Positions 39,871 through 53,810 of a DNA stretch of 64,000 nucleotides are shown here, one piece after another. Location of the stretch: contig OZ037765.1 in NCBI GenBank assembly GCA_964035545.1, positions 33,293,504-33,357,503 of the forward strand, given 5' to 3'. The translations under genes were made by a program, and so were the position numbers. This DNA is from Bugula neritina. Taxonomy: Eukaryota; Animalia; Bryozoa. The notes beneath the pieces are model-generated. The model made no database searches and was not told the DNA's origin. It worked only from the letters and a program-made list of their open reading frames with translations. Each line of letters begins with the position of its first letter. The first letter of the stretch is position 1.

Positions 39871-41650
39871 CAGGGATGTAGTGGCAAAAATGTTCTTGGC
39901 CATACTCTCAGGCCGGGGGTCCAGGGGGCCGCCCAGGCCCCCGGCGGGGTCCGGGGCAGCGCCCCGGCCGCCGAAGCCCTCAGAGCGCCTCAGATGCAAA
40001 TTTTTGCAATTTAAAGCCATTGTGAATTATAATTCTTCTAAAAAAAAATCTGTGTTGAAATGTGCACCTTGCTACTATTTTCATACCATACCAGCTACAT
40101 AACGACTGGGCATTGCTGCAAGCTATATAAATATTCAGTATTGTCCCCTACCTGTTGACTGTAATTTTAAATGTAGTCTTACTCAACTGACACTAAGTCC
40201 AACCTGTACAGAAAATATTTTGAAGATCTCAAAAAGATGGAAGGATAGAGACAGGTAACAAGTGCTCTCCAAATGTAACCTGATTACTTCAAATATCTAA
40301 TACACTGACGTGCACCGAAAAAGAATTATAGATCAGAACAGAGGAAGATTGCAAATCAGAAAATGTGTGTTGGTTATTTATAAAAATCAATTTGAATTGA
40401 TAACTCATTGGCAAGCAGAAATTCGTTGAAAACCTATTTGGAGTTTATTAGAGTACTAACCCATAAGGAGATACCACCTCACCTCCTTGCACACAATAAA
40501 GCACACCCAAGAAGAGTATGTTAACTTGGTTTTAAAGTAAAGCCCCTGAGCTTCCACGAGACACATCAAAGAAATATACCCCAAAAGAACAAATTTGACA
40601 GCTTTAATATGTGTTAACCTGGAAGATGATTAAATGTAAAGCCAGACGTTAGTACAATCAAACATAAAAGGTTACTTATGGTAGTAGTGTACAGTTTGCA
40701 AAACCTCTTTGCATTGATAATTAACATGCAATAACGCAACCGAAATGTGGATATAGTACCTGTAGACCTCAGTGATAAATTTTCATTAGCCTCTCCTACA
40801 CACCTGGTACTGTTTCTTGTAGACATTTTGATTTTATTTCTGGATTTCATGTTGGTTTTTTTCCAAATTTCATTGCTTATTGACAAAATGCAAGTCCACG
40901 CAAGATAAATAAGGGCAACTTTCTAGCTGTCACTGCCTTGCTGAGGCCACATTATTGGTATATTATAAGACTCAGTCCCGCAAAATAGAACCATACTTAA
41001 TTGTGCTAGAATTAAAATTTAAAAACCATGTTTTAAATCTTCCTGTTTCTCAGAGCCCCTGCTTTTTCGAGTTTTCAATATTTTTTTTGCAAAGTTGTGA
41101 ACAAAAATCTACCCATTTATGGCCAATTTTACCTGAAAAATTTATTTTTCAATCCCTGCCAAATATCTCAGCAGAAAAGCATGGTATTCGAATAAAACAA
41201 AAACTGTCGGAAACCTGAGAAATTCATGCATAGCATGTATTTTTATCTTTTCAATAGCTTTCATAGATTTTCTACAAATTAGTGATTTATACACCGAAAA
41301 TGAAATATTTTTTCCTTAGTAGTCACTAATGCATAGCACTTCGCGCTTCAGTGAATACGTAGAGATGAGAAGATGGAATGTTGATAGCCGCTTATTATTC
41401 ATAGTGTAATCTCAAGCTAAACAATCACAAGTAGGCAACACGCATGCCACCCACATAGCATTAACATAACAAGAACTTAAACTAGATTGTGAGCGAATTT
41501 TATGATAATATTCTCAGTGAGGATGCCCTAACTATCTTGTGCACTAACCATCTTTCAAAAATATGCCCATACGGGCGTATGGCCAAGAACAGCCTATTTT
41601 CTTCTAGGCCATACGGCGTATGGGACCGTATGGGTACCACTACATCCCTG
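39871..41650. mobile_element. Non-autonomous hAT-superfamily DNA transposon, 1,780 bp
   Basis: Perfect 14-bp TIRs CAGGGATGTAGTGG (39871) / CCACTACATCCCTG (ends 41650), flanked by identical 8-bp ACTATAAT (39863-39870 and 41651-41658). CAGGG termini plus an 8-bp TSD are hAT hallmarks. No transposase ORF. Confidence 0.92.
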
Positions 41651-43290
41651 ACTATAATATTAATAATAATGATGATAATTATAATGATACTCATAGTGAT
41701 AGTAGTATTACTATTATTGAGTGTGATACCTAATTCAATAATTTACTCAAAATTAACAATACATTTAAAAATGATCTAATTCAACTAGCGATTCAAACGC
41801 AATTTAAACCTAACAATAACTATAAGTATAACTATAACTATAAGTATAAGTAAATTTAACAAACATTTGAGCCCAAACTAAAAACGATACCTATGGGACT
41901 GGGCTATGACTTATGAGTATGACTATGAGTAATAGTAATACTAATTACCACTTCTTAGTTTAGAGTTTAACTTCAAGTTGATAAGTTATAATTAATATTA
42001 TTAACTTATAACATTTTCATTGGCCGCACACTCAGTGCTCACAGACGCACTGACAAATACAATAACTATGAGTATGAGAGAAAAAGGGATACTCGAAATC
42101 CAATTAAAAATAACAATATAATTAATAAATTATAATAATAATTATATTTACTTTTAGTTTTAGTTCAAGTTTTACTTTTACTTTTAGTTTTACTGTTAGT
42201 GTTTAGAATTCAATTACATTTACTGAAAATCAAAATGAAATTACTAATTACTAATTAGTGTTAAGTTTTACTTAGTTGCTGTTACTACTTATTACCTTCA
42301 AGGTGTAGAAATAATCGAAGAGCTGTCAATTTAGACCATCATGTAGAGTAGCCAACCAATTTCAAAGCGTATCGTATTTCTAGTTGTGGTAAACGAAATT
42401 GAAATTCTCCAGCCAAGAGAAAAGCGAGCGGTGTTCTGGATAATACGAATATTGCAATACAACCTTGTCTTCCTATGACCCACTGCGATGACGGAATATC
42501 CGCTAACCTAATGCAGCTGGAATTTTTGGCGAGTTTTATATACCCTGTCCAACTGCTCTACATTGCACAGGTTTCTCGACGAATTACCGTAGATCTACAT
42601 ATTTGGCGCGATGTTTGTATGTAGGAAGGATATAATTGTACACGCCTCTTTTCACCGAAGTTACATAATAGCAGGGCGCTTAAACACTTTTGATAATAAA
42701 TACCTTATTATTATACTAATGACTTCGAAAATTTATTTGTCTCTTTCGTTTTGCTCTATTGTTTAGTGTTTATTATAATGACAGCCTAAATTCCTGCACT
42801 AAGAATGTCCTCAACTGACTAATTTACTGGGAGAGAATACCAAGGTATACTTACCATTGTAAATAGTGTGACAAAGCTTAAACACAATGTAAGCTTATAA
42901 TGACAGGTTTCAGGACTATACAACAAAAAGAGGCTGAAAAAAGAGCCTCTTTTCACCTGATATGCCTAGTCAAAAGCAGTTGGGTAACTTCTTTAAATCT
43001 GAACTAGCAGTGCTTATGAGCATAACTTACTACTCAGTTGAATGAATAGTAAGTCTTTAAAAAAAAAAATAAAACTTAAACCCATAAAACAAACAAATTT
43101 TCTTGTTGTAATGTTTCTATGAAACCAGATAGCTAGCTAATATAATTCATTTTCAACGAGAGACAACCCTGAAACAGCTGCTGTACACAGATTGGGGTAT
43201 ATGAACATATATAAATGTATACCTTGCATAGGCTGAGTAATATAATGAACACTTATTTGAGCAACTCATGAAACAGTAATGAATATATTA

Positions 43291-43686
43291 GGGTTATTTT
43301 ACTTAATTTAGCACACACTGGATATCTTCAGTTTTTAGCTATTTTTCACAATTTAGCTGCTAATGGACATGGGTTTTTTGGCCAAAATTAGTAAAACACC
43401 AATAAATACACCTAATTAATCAAAGTTCTTTTCAATTTTGCTTCATTTCCCATATTTTTTCCTAGTTATTCAGCTACTTTTGGTTGCGGACCATTATATA
43501 TGGTCCGCTTTCCTAATAAGCTAAATATATAAGAAAAAAGATGGGAAATCAAGCAAAATTGTTTCAGTGTATTTATTGGTGCTTTACTAGTTTTGGGCAA
43601 AAATCCATGTTCATTACCAGCTAAATTGTGAAAATCAGCTAAAAACTGAAGATATCCAGTGTGTACTAAATTAAGTAAAATGATCC
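43291..43686. mobile_element. ~400-bp foldback/MITE element, almost entirely palindromic
   Basis: GGGTTATTTTACTTAATTTAGCACACACTGGATATCTTCAGTTTTTAGCT... pairs with ...AGCTAAAAACTGAAGATATCCAGTGTGTACTAAATTAAGTAAAATGATCC; inverted match over 120 bp, central hairpin GCGGACCA-N7-TGGTCCGC, ATTA on both flanks. Confidence 0.85.
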
Positions 43687-45340
43687 ATTAGGGTTTTACA
43701 ATATTATGTTAGCAAGTCTTGGCTGCAGTGTGTTACTACAAGGACTATAGATTGAAATGTTCTAGAACCTTCTAAAGTAGAATTTAGTCATAACCATATG
43801 ATAATAATAGAAATGTTGATAGTAGCATGTCTATGCCATCAAATTATTATTAGTAGCACACAAACAATATTTACACAATATTTTGTTCAGTTTCACAACA
43901 TAATGTTGACAATTGAACTATGAGAGAGAGATGAAGTCAACCAGTACAGTGAACTTACAATATTGTATGTATTACTTGGGTTTTGTGTTTCCCAACTCTT
44001 ACAACAAGCATTGTAAACAGTATTACCCAAGATAACAATGGACAAGTTGGTTGAAACATAATTATTAGGTTGTCTGCTTATAATCCAACTTCACTTATGT
44101 TGATAGTGGGCCAATTAAAAGTTGCCATCTGTTCAGTGGTGGATAGGTAGCTCAGTTCAATCATATAGTGGGTATTTTCATTAAACCTGCAGTGAGTGGC
44201 ACTGTAGGTTTCAGTCATTGAACTATATAAGTTATAGTTTCAGTTCAGTGGTTTCAGTCTTATATACCTCCTACTCATGATGATCATACAGGGCAATATG
44301 ATGCAGCCAACTGAATAGCTAATCTGTCTTGCTCTATTTTATATCAGAAAATAGGTTGCATTTCAATTGAATTAATTTAACTTGAATAGACAAAATGAAC
44401 TTGAATATTTGAGAAACGTTGTCATTTTGAATAACATGTTATACATGAAGAGTATTCAGGACAGGTACTACTAAATAGTGCACGTTGCCCCTTAGCAAAA
44501 CTTTCAATGTCATTTTAAGTACAGTTTGCAGCTCTGATTAGGATGTTATAATTATGAAGAACTTAAGGGGGAAGCAACTTTCCTAGCTACTGTGATGGCG
44601 AGTAAAATGCTAGTATAGGTTTCCAAGAACCACACAAGTCATATAATTTGAAATGAAATTTATTTTGTAGCAGCCTACTACAGTAATTACGAAGATGCTA
44701 TAAATATAAACATACAATACTATCATTTATATACATAACGAAAGATACAAAAATATGTTACTAACAAAATGTATATGTATAATCTGAATTTATATACAGG
44801 AGCGTAGAGGGGGACTGTGGTGCTTATATCTACGTCTCCCTCATGTACTTACAGAAGTCATTTAGTACATTCTAAACAAACTACAGCCATTTCATGGCAG
44901 TAGCAAGTTGAACAATGTACGCAGATCTTAAAATACAAGAGAGCACAACCCCAAGAATAATAACTGCTCTATTAGCAAAGCATAAACACCACAGTCACCT
45001 TAAGCTACATGAAGAGAAAATATATGCAATTAGAAACTGCAAGCGTATATTTTGTATATTCTGTACAGGTAAGATGAGTCAGTATTTAATATGCTTATAC
45101 AAATATGGACGAATAGTGCTTAGCTTGAGCAACCGGGAATCACCATAAGCACACATCACATTGTTAGTATAGTCGGTAATATTCATACAGCATACGTGTC
45201 TACATGCTAGTCTACAACTTAACATATCTGTGAAAAAATACCAATACAAAAACTATGTTTTATAAATGAGTTAATAAGCATATAATATAAAAAGATATTG
45301 AGTTTGGCACTATAAGAAAGAGACGCTCTTCAGATGCTGG

Positions 45341-48300
45341 CTACTGTTGGAGTGGCATGTTGATGCACTGTCTGTGTGGAGGTCGGAGGGCGTGACCCAG
45401 GTTGTACGACCCGTTATTGTAGACCTGCGAGTAGAAGAAGGCGGGGTCTCTGGGATTGTGGTAGAGAGGGGGAGACAACTGCCCGTTGTGTACGTACATA
45501 TGGTGATCTGCCGTGTTATGGTAGCCATTCTGGTAGTGAGTCGACTCGTGGGACGGCCAGGAGGGCATGGTGATGGAGGAGACGGGAGGCAGTCTGCCCA
45601 TCGGGTTGACCGGCACGGCTGGTACAGAGGTGTTTGAGGAGGGAGAGGGTAGAGAGCTGGTGGGAGACAGGTGGTAGCTGGCCTGCCGAGCCAACATTAT
45701 CTGTGAATTGTAGGAGGAAGTTGTGATTTTGGGATGAATTTGGTGATGCGTGTAGAGAGTGTTCTGTTCGTGCATATAGTTCTGAGTGGTAGGGTTAACG
45801 TGAGGTAATGTATTGGGGGAATGGAGGAGTTTAGCGTTGCCAGGGTACTCTGGGGGAGGGCCCTGCGGGTGGCCGTAAGAGTGGTAGTCAGGCTCCACAT
45901 ACATGGGGTCCATGTTACCTGTCATACTGTCATACACAGTGTTGGCCGCTGACGGCAACACATGATGTACAGGTCTCTGCTGGTGCGAGGGCACCTGTTG
46001 ATGGGAAGGCACCTGCTGATGAGAGGGCACCTGTTGATGAGAGGGCACCTGTTGATGGGAGGGCACCTGTTGATGAGACGGCACCTGTTGATGGGAAGGC
46101 ACCTGCTGATGAGTAGAAGTTCGTGTTGGATTATTCTGCTGCTCGTTTTGCTGCCGCTTTTCAAGCTCCGCTTCGTACTCCACATGGAGAATGGCGTTGG
46201 TGATGTCAGCTGGCAGCTCATCTTTCAGATTATCCAGGAGCTCCTGACCGTCTGCACTATTAAACAGCATGTCAGCTTCTGCCTCCGTCAAATCTAAGCC
46301 TTCGCCTGGTTTCTCACCATCTGCAAAGTCAGCCAATCAGCATTCATGTACAAAAATATTAGCACCTCCCGTAAAACACTTAGTTTAGTAAAAAGCATGA
46401 AGTAATGGCCCCACAAACCATTAAACACCAGTTTCGGGCATAAGTACAGCCAGCTGAGATCAACAAATCTCATTTTACAGTTTCAATTTATATTGGATCA
46501 ACATTAATAGAAAGATGCCCAGAATTTAATATTTCTGTCTTCATGCATTGAATATATGTTCAGCTGCCCTCTCCCCCTACTCTGATACAACACATCCGTA
46601 TACTGGGTATACTGTATACACACTGAGTGGCATACTATATACACACTGAGTGGTATACTATATACTCACTGAGTGGTATACTATATACTCACTGAGTGGC
46701 ATACTATATACTCACTGAGTGGTATACTGTATACGCACTGAGTGGCATACTATATACTCACTAAGTGGCATACTGTATACACACTGAGTGCTCTCTAACT
46801 GGTACAAAGCTGCTGAAAGACATATACACAACATGGCTGCCCGAACCTGAGAACAAGTTGAATCCCTCCTCCAGCACCTCATTGATCTCGCTGTCGTTGA
46901 GCAAGCCGTTTCCATCCTGGCCAATGGGCAGCTTGCTAAGCGGCGAGAAGATGTTTTCGCTGTCACTCTCCACGTCAGCAGTTTCTAGATGCAGTGAAGG
47001 CGAGGTTGTTGAGTCAGCGGCAGCAGCGGGAGATGACTCATCAGGGATCAGATCTGAGGTTGAGTGGGAGGAAGCACAAAGAGTATTAGCTGCAAAGTAG
47101 AACATGTTGTCAGGACACAACTAGAGTTGTCTTCTCACAGCACCTGATAACCGCTACTACTGCTAGTACTAGTACTACTACCAGTACTACTACTACTATT
47201 GCTACTAGTACCGCTACTTCTACTATTACTGCTACCACTACTACTGCTACTACTATTACTGCAACCACTACTACTAGTACTACTACTACTACCACTACTA
47301 CTACTACTACTACTACTAGTACTACTGCTACTAACTACTACTACTACTACTACTAGTACTGCTACTACTACTACTACTACCAGTATCACTACTACTACTA
47401 CTACTACTACTGCTACTTCTACTATTACTGCAACTACTATTACTGCAACTACTACTACTACTACTACTACCAGTATCACTACTACTACTACTACCACTAC
47501 TACTACTACTACCAGTACTACTACTACTACTACTACTACTACTAGTACTACTAATACTACTATTACTACTGCTAGTACTACTACTGCTACCACTACTACT
47601 ACTACTACCAGTATCACTACTACTACTAGTACTACTACTGCTAGTACTACTACTACTACTAGTACTACTACTACTGCTACTACTGCTACTACTACTAGTA
47701 CTACTGCTACTACTAGTACTGCTACTACTGCTACTACTACTAGTACCACTACTACTACTACTGCTACTACTGCTAGTACTACTGCTACTACTACTACTGC
47801 TACTACTGCTACTACTACTAGTACTACTGCTACTAACTACTACTATTACTGCAACTACTACTACTGCTACTACTACTAGTACTACCACTACTAGTACTAC
47901 TGCTACTAGTACCACTACTACTACTGCTACTAACTACAATCAGTAGGGGTGTGTCAGCATACCAGATTCTGTGAGTGGCTTCGAAAGTTTGGAATTCTTT
48001 TTCCTTTTCTTTGACCGACGACTAGCAAAAGGTTTAGATTTCTTCTTTTTCTTTCTGAGATTCACATCCTGTTCCAAGTCAAACGGGTCAACCTGGAGAG
48101 AGAGGCTTTAGGTGAACACAGAGTAGAGCACGTACATAGTACATATAACAATACACAGCATGCTAATTCACAGCTGGTGAGGGTGAAATCATGTTTATGT
48201 GAAATAAATTGGCTTTCTTATAAATGCTGTTACATTACTGGCTGCATGACAGAATCCTATTCCAACAATTGTCAACAAATACAGATATTCAGGGAGTTAC

Positions 48301-51300
48301 CATCTCTTTGAACTTGAACTTCTCCAACAACATTGTATATTCGTTTGAAAGAAATGAAAAAGAAAAGTTTAACTTGGAATTATTGCAATAAATCTATAGA
48401 ATCAGGAAACTGGAGATAGAAAGAGCTGAAACACTGAACAGACTGCAGAGTAAGATATATCCTCATCCCATAACCACATACACACACGGAGCAGCAAGTG
48501 GTTAGTGTTGGCATAATATAACAGTAGTCAGTGATTCAAGTCCTATGCCACATCAGAATAAGTCCTATAGAGATGCACACTAAATATGACGTGAAGAACA
48601 AGACACAGAATGAAATGTTACCGCGGGCAGCCGATGACGCTGGCAGAGAGGTTGTCCTTGACCCAGGTCAATGGCTGGCAGACCACACACCTTGGTTTCA
48701 CCGGGAACAGCTGCAGTGGTGTGACTGCAGGTACTAAACAGTTTCTGATCAGCACTGCAGGTGATGTCTGAGGTGCAACAGTCAAGGGAACACAACTCAT
48801 TCAACACAACACGATGTTCTTACTACATGAGTAGATAATTCCTTGAGGTATGTTGTAAAAATAGCAATGCAAGAGGAAGTTTAATATTTCTAAAACCAAT
48901 AAGGGTAAAGTTTATTTCCTAAAATGGAGTTAATTTTGTAGCCATTACAAAATCAATTCAATTTCCAATACCAACACACATGGTGTGAACTTTGTAGGAA
49001 AGGTGAGTCATTATGTCAAGGGCAGGTGTGAAACATTACACATTGTGTGTCACACTACAATTATGTGGCAGCATATATACAGCTGGCAGCATGTATACAG
49101 CTGGCAGTGTCACTGAGAGAGTTATTTGACTTCTAATAATAAATGTCTAAAACTCTCAACACGATAAAAATTTCAACAAAATTTTAAGAGATGTGACAAA
49201 AATAATCACCATCTGAGTTCTTATCAAATTGAATTGACCCCCTGGTCTGCTATTACAACATGTAACAGCCCACTCTAGCGATGCAGAAAGAGTTCAACCT
49301 ACAGGCTGAACAGTCAAGTTCTCAGTCTACATTGCTAACAGTCAAGTTCTCAGTCTACATTGCTAAGCAACTAACTACGACATGAAAGTATTTCCTGTGA
49401 AGTGTAAAGGATACGGTGCAGACACATGTTGGAGAGAGGTAGCGGAGGGAGACTACAATCCTCGTTTGCACACTGCTTCCTGTTTTCTAGCACAGAGCTC
49501 TCAGTCTTCGTTCTGCAATCAAAGACACAGCCTTATGCTTGGCATGTCACGTTAAGACAAAGTGACAACAAAATTGAATTCCGTGCAGCATTGATAGCAT
49601 TGTGTACTGTGTAGAGAAACCCACTGTATAATACAGTGCTACCTTAGTACCAAGAATAACTGGAGGGGAAACACCAGCATGTCTATGAACCCGGAGCTGG
49701 TAATACTTGGATAGCCACAAATGTGAACTCCTACTGACCTAATAGGGATACTTTTTGCTGAGTTATAATAAACAGAGCAAAAGTTATGAGAAGCTATCAA
49801 GAGCTCAAGACTACTGGACGAGTATAAAACATTCAAAAGGAGATGAGTTGTTTGACCAGCTGTGAATATGACAAGCTACTACAGCTACTACTATTCTCTC
49901 TCTGTCTCTCCTCTCTGGAGAGACAGAGAGGAGAGAGAGAACAAGGGAGAGCTACAGTACCCTGAGGAAATCTTTGAGTAGGCGGAGTTTGATTTGCGGA
50001 TCTTGTGTAAGAGAGAGGCAGCGGAGGCGGGATTGTCCTTGGCAGTTTCCGTGAGATTAGCCGTAAGAATTCGTCTGTATTTGAGCAATTCATCGTTTAA
50101 CAATAGAGTGTGACGTATTCGGAGGCAAGAGCTTTTGATGTTGAATAATCCATTTTCATGGTTTTCGGAACTAAAAGAGTAAAACATGCAGAAATAATTC
50201 AGAGAACTCGACTTCAACAAAATATGCCAAATTATAACACTGTGACTTACAAAGTACGACAACATTTGATTACAACATTTTATTACTAGTAGTTTCATGT
50301 GTACTTTTCATCATCAGACAACAAATAGAAAGTCAATGACAGAACAAAGTACTAAAGCTGCACATAATCAAACACAAGACATACATTTGAACTACAAATG
50401 ACTCAGCAAATGGTTGTAAAAACTAATAAAAAACCATAAAATGCAGTAATATGACTAGATTATAAAACATGGCTATACTATAGTATATGGCTATAGAGTA
50501 TACAAGTGGAAAGGCAGAGTGAAACGACACGCTAACTCTCAAGTACATACACAGCGCACAGGCTGGCTTCACACTTTGAATTTCTGCCAACTGACGTGCA
50601 GCTAAGAAGTAAAGTACTCTAACTTTGGGACCTAAAGAAGCTAAAAAGTAAAGTACTATAGTTTTAGGACGTAATGAAGCACCAGCTAGTCACTAGTGCA
50701 CCTGGGTACAAGGTATGTACTAACACATCCTACATGTTACACAACACTCTCAAGTCTGTACAAACCTACCACAATGCTAAACCAACATTTCGTCATTACA
50801 TGAAACTATTTACAGACTCTATTACTGCACACAGGAGTTCTAGCCATCAAGGTCAAGGTAAAACAGGTGCATACGTACTCTGATAGGTCTGAGTTGAGAT
50901 CACTAGAGTAGTTGCGGCCAGGCTGAGGTGAGAGGGGATTATATCCTCCCCCACTGCAGCTGTACGAGTGTAACCGGGCTGAGGTGAAGGTCTCGTCGTC
51001 ACTGTTATCTATCACAGTAGTGAGCAACTCTGACTCTGCCAGTCTGACGGCAGCGTAGTGGCTGTACGTCTTGTAACCGGCAGCAGTGAAGCTCGCCTTG
51101 GCCTGTTCGTCTGTCAGCAGCCCCAGGTGCTTCTTCCTGAGTATAGACAAAGATCTGCGGGTGGGTCTCCTGGCCCTTTTGGGGTGCGGGGCGCTGGCCC
51201 CCTGCTTAGGAGACGTCTTGCTCGTTGGTTTAGCGAGCGACTCGGCCGACGTCAAGTCATTGTTCTTGTGATTGTCGAGAGACAACTTGCCTGCCAGCTC

Positions 51301-52688
51301 GGGGAAGAGTTTAGAGGCGCTGAAATAGTCGCCTTGTTTAGTCAGGTCAGAGAAGCAGCCGTTGGGAGGTCTACAGCCGGACAAAGCAGACATCTTACCA
51401 GCGTCTGGCAAGGTCACGGGTTCAGCCTTCTTTCTACGCTCTTTCTTGGGAATGATGCCCATGGCCTGCATGTGGGTATTGCAGTACCTGCAATGATACA
51501 GAGAATACTATATACTATACAACTGGTGCTACTCAACCTTTTCTAGGATAAATAAGTGTTGTCCAAACCCCACCACCACTAAAAGGACATTTCTCTATAA
51601 CCAAAGTACTACTTGTTATGACTGTGAGTAGATGGCACCAGTTATTAGCGTACTAATCAACCAGGACAACTGTGTGATGTCATGTAATCTACACTGTACT
51701 TGTATCACAATCAATTATGTTACATAAAATAGCACTGATGTGTGACAAGACCATTAGCAAAATGTGAAATGAATAGCAATTATAAGGATAGATGGTTGGA
51801 AAGCACAGGACCATTACTATTGGCATAGTAGAGTAGCTGATGAAATGCTAAAAGGGTGCCCAGTTGAGGAGAACAAACTTAGAATGTTGGTTTGGAGCAT
51901 CACTGAATCCCCGTTCTTACCAACAAAAAGAGGTTGAGTGAAAAGTGAATTGAAACAAGGTACAGGTAAGGGTGTATAGGTAACTAGTGTACAGGTAAGA
52001 GTGTACAGGTAATGGTGTACAGGTGAGAGTGTACAGGTAAGGGTGTTCAGGTAAGGGTGTACAGGTAAGAGTATACAGGAACTAGTGTACAGGTAAGAGT
52101 GTACAGGCAAGGGTGTACAGGTAAGGGTGTACAGGTAAGGGTGTACAGGTGAGAGTGTACAGGTGAGAGTATACATGTAAGGGTGTACAGGTAAGGGTGT
52201 ACAGGTAAGGGTGTACAGGTAAGGGTGTGCAGGTAAGGGTGTACAGGTACGAGTGTACAGGTAAGGGTGTACAGGTAAGGGTGTACAGGTAAGGGTGTAC
52301 AGGTAAGGGTGTACAGGTAAGGGTGTACAGGTAAGGGTGTACAGGTAAGGGTGTACAGGTAAGGGTGTACAGGTACGAGTGTACAAGTAAGGGTGTACAG
52401 GTAAGGGTGTACAGGTAAGAGTTTACAGTTAACTAATGCTGCCGATGCTGCCAAGGAACAAGAAGATACTCACTCTCTGTTTTCTGTCTGTGGAATTGCA
52501 CTGGAGCATTTTGAGCCGCTTTGCTTCACGACGAACCTGCACTGTTTGAAAGGTGCGGACGTGTCCTCGAGGATGTGTCGGACGCAGAACGCGTAGCCGT
52601 TGAGTCGTCTCAGATTACAGAGCTTGCCGCTGAAGGAGCATAGAGGTGTGTTGTTTGCCGTGTAGTGAACATTGCTCCCTTCATACAT
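45341..52688 (-). CDS. INO80D: INO80 complex subunit D
   Basis: N-terminus [64 protein letters not shown] matches INO80D as I recall it ([55 protein letters not shown]). Second C3H-C3H zinc region in exons 49512-49415 and 48767-48622. Exons: 52688-52474, 51487-50879, 50170-49961, 49512-49415, 48767-48622, 48092-47963, 47089-46847, 46320-45341. Confidence 0.93.
45978..46112 (-). repeat. Coding 18-bp tandem repeat (HQQVPS x7) in the INO80D last exon
   Basis: ORF 45341-46336 translation THQQVPSHQQVPS...HQQRP. Confidence 0.9.
46598..46790. repeat. 23-bp tandem repeat (CACTGAGTGG[C/T]ATACTATATAC[T/A]), ~8 copies, intronic
   Basis: Visible array near the INO80D donor at 46846. Confidence 0.9.
47150..47936. 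repeat. Degenerate (ACT)n trinucleotide tract filling an INO80D intron
   Basis: ~790 bp of act/gct/agt triplets between the exon ending at 47963 and the exon starting at 47089. Confidence 0.95.
51957..52428. repeat. 14-bp minisatellite (GTGTACAGGTAAGG), ~33 copies, in an INO80D intron
   Basis: Visible array. Confidence 0.95.
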
Positions 52689-53439
52689 GGTCAGTTAGAG
52701 TGGGAACATCTGCACGAGTAAACAGGGTGATGAGTTGACATGAGAACAAATGTATATATGATATATAATAATTACTATGCCAATGTTTTATTTATTATAC
52801 TAAAAAAAGTATCATATTAATATTAGTATTAGCAATAAAATTAAATTTATTTGGTGTAACAACTAAGAGTGGCAGTAAAACTAAGGGTAGGACTAAGTCA
52901 AAGTGTAGTACTAATACTAATACCAACACTCACAGTAAGTTCAACAAAAACTTGAAGCTTAAGTCAAACAAGAATTTTAAATCTAAATTTAAATTTATTT
53001 ATTATAGTTAATACAAATTATGTATTTATATTAATATTTAATTTTATAAACTTGAAGATAATCACATCAACTATTCCTACTAGCATTACACTAGCCATAA
53101 AGCTACTCGGCTAGGCATAGCCATAAGTCTATACTCTATAGGAACTGAAAGGCAAACACAACGTGAAGTTCAAATGACAAATTGAAATTTATTAATTAAA
53201 TTTGAATTTCATAATTTCAAGAGCTCAAGTACATGTGGCCTAGAAGGAAATCGACATTGTTACGGAGTGTGTTAATTACAAAAACTATATGAAAGCTGGA
53301 AATTAAAAGCAAAATTGAAATGGCATTAATAACACGTACATTTGAAATAAAATTTTGAAATTGAACTTGAAGTTGTCAAACTGAAAGTGAAACTCAAACT
53401 CAATTACAATAGAAAACTTGTCCAAGTTTAAATAATTTG

Positions 53440-53810
53440 AACATCTTACCAGCACATCTCTAATCATCATTTTAACAACCTGGTTGTAGCTGAATTATTC
53501 CTGTGAATTTTAAAAATTACCACTTAACTTTTAGGACACTATAGGAATGTTGTTCTTGAAAACTGGAAATCAATATTAGAACGTGATTTTGTTACATTTA
53601 GCATTGAATTTAAGATGGCGCTGAGGTAAATAAAAAGGATATCCTGTTCTGCATAGCCGTGTGAGATTATTTCGGAAACTATTCGTAGAACATCGCAACT
53701 CAAATGGCATCTAAAACAGATAAATAATTTCTTGGATGTAAGAGACCAAACCATGCTTCTCCCTTGTTTTGTTTAGGATTTGACTATTCTCTCCACAAGT
53801 AAGTAGCCCA
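53440..53810. promoter_or_regulatory. Probable bidirectional promoter / non-coding first exons shared by INO80D (-) and PFDN4 (+)
   Basis: Minus-strand donor (+ strand cttac|c, ~53449) and plus-strand donor aa|gtaagt (~53799) face outward; YY1-type AAGATGGCG near 53612; AT-rich intron-like tracts on both sides. Confidence 0.45.

Noticed and set aside
40614-41218. Short ORFs inside the hAT element as transposase remnants
   Set aside because: No recognisable BED finger, DDE or hAT dimerisation motifs.
47110-47915. Poly-Thr, poly-Val and poly-Ser ORFs
   Set aside because: Products of an (ACT)n tract inside an INO80D intron whose flanking exons join in phase without it.
51817-52454. ORFs with (CTPLPVHPYLYTLT)n repeats
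   Set aside because: Translation artefacts of the 14-bp minisatellite.
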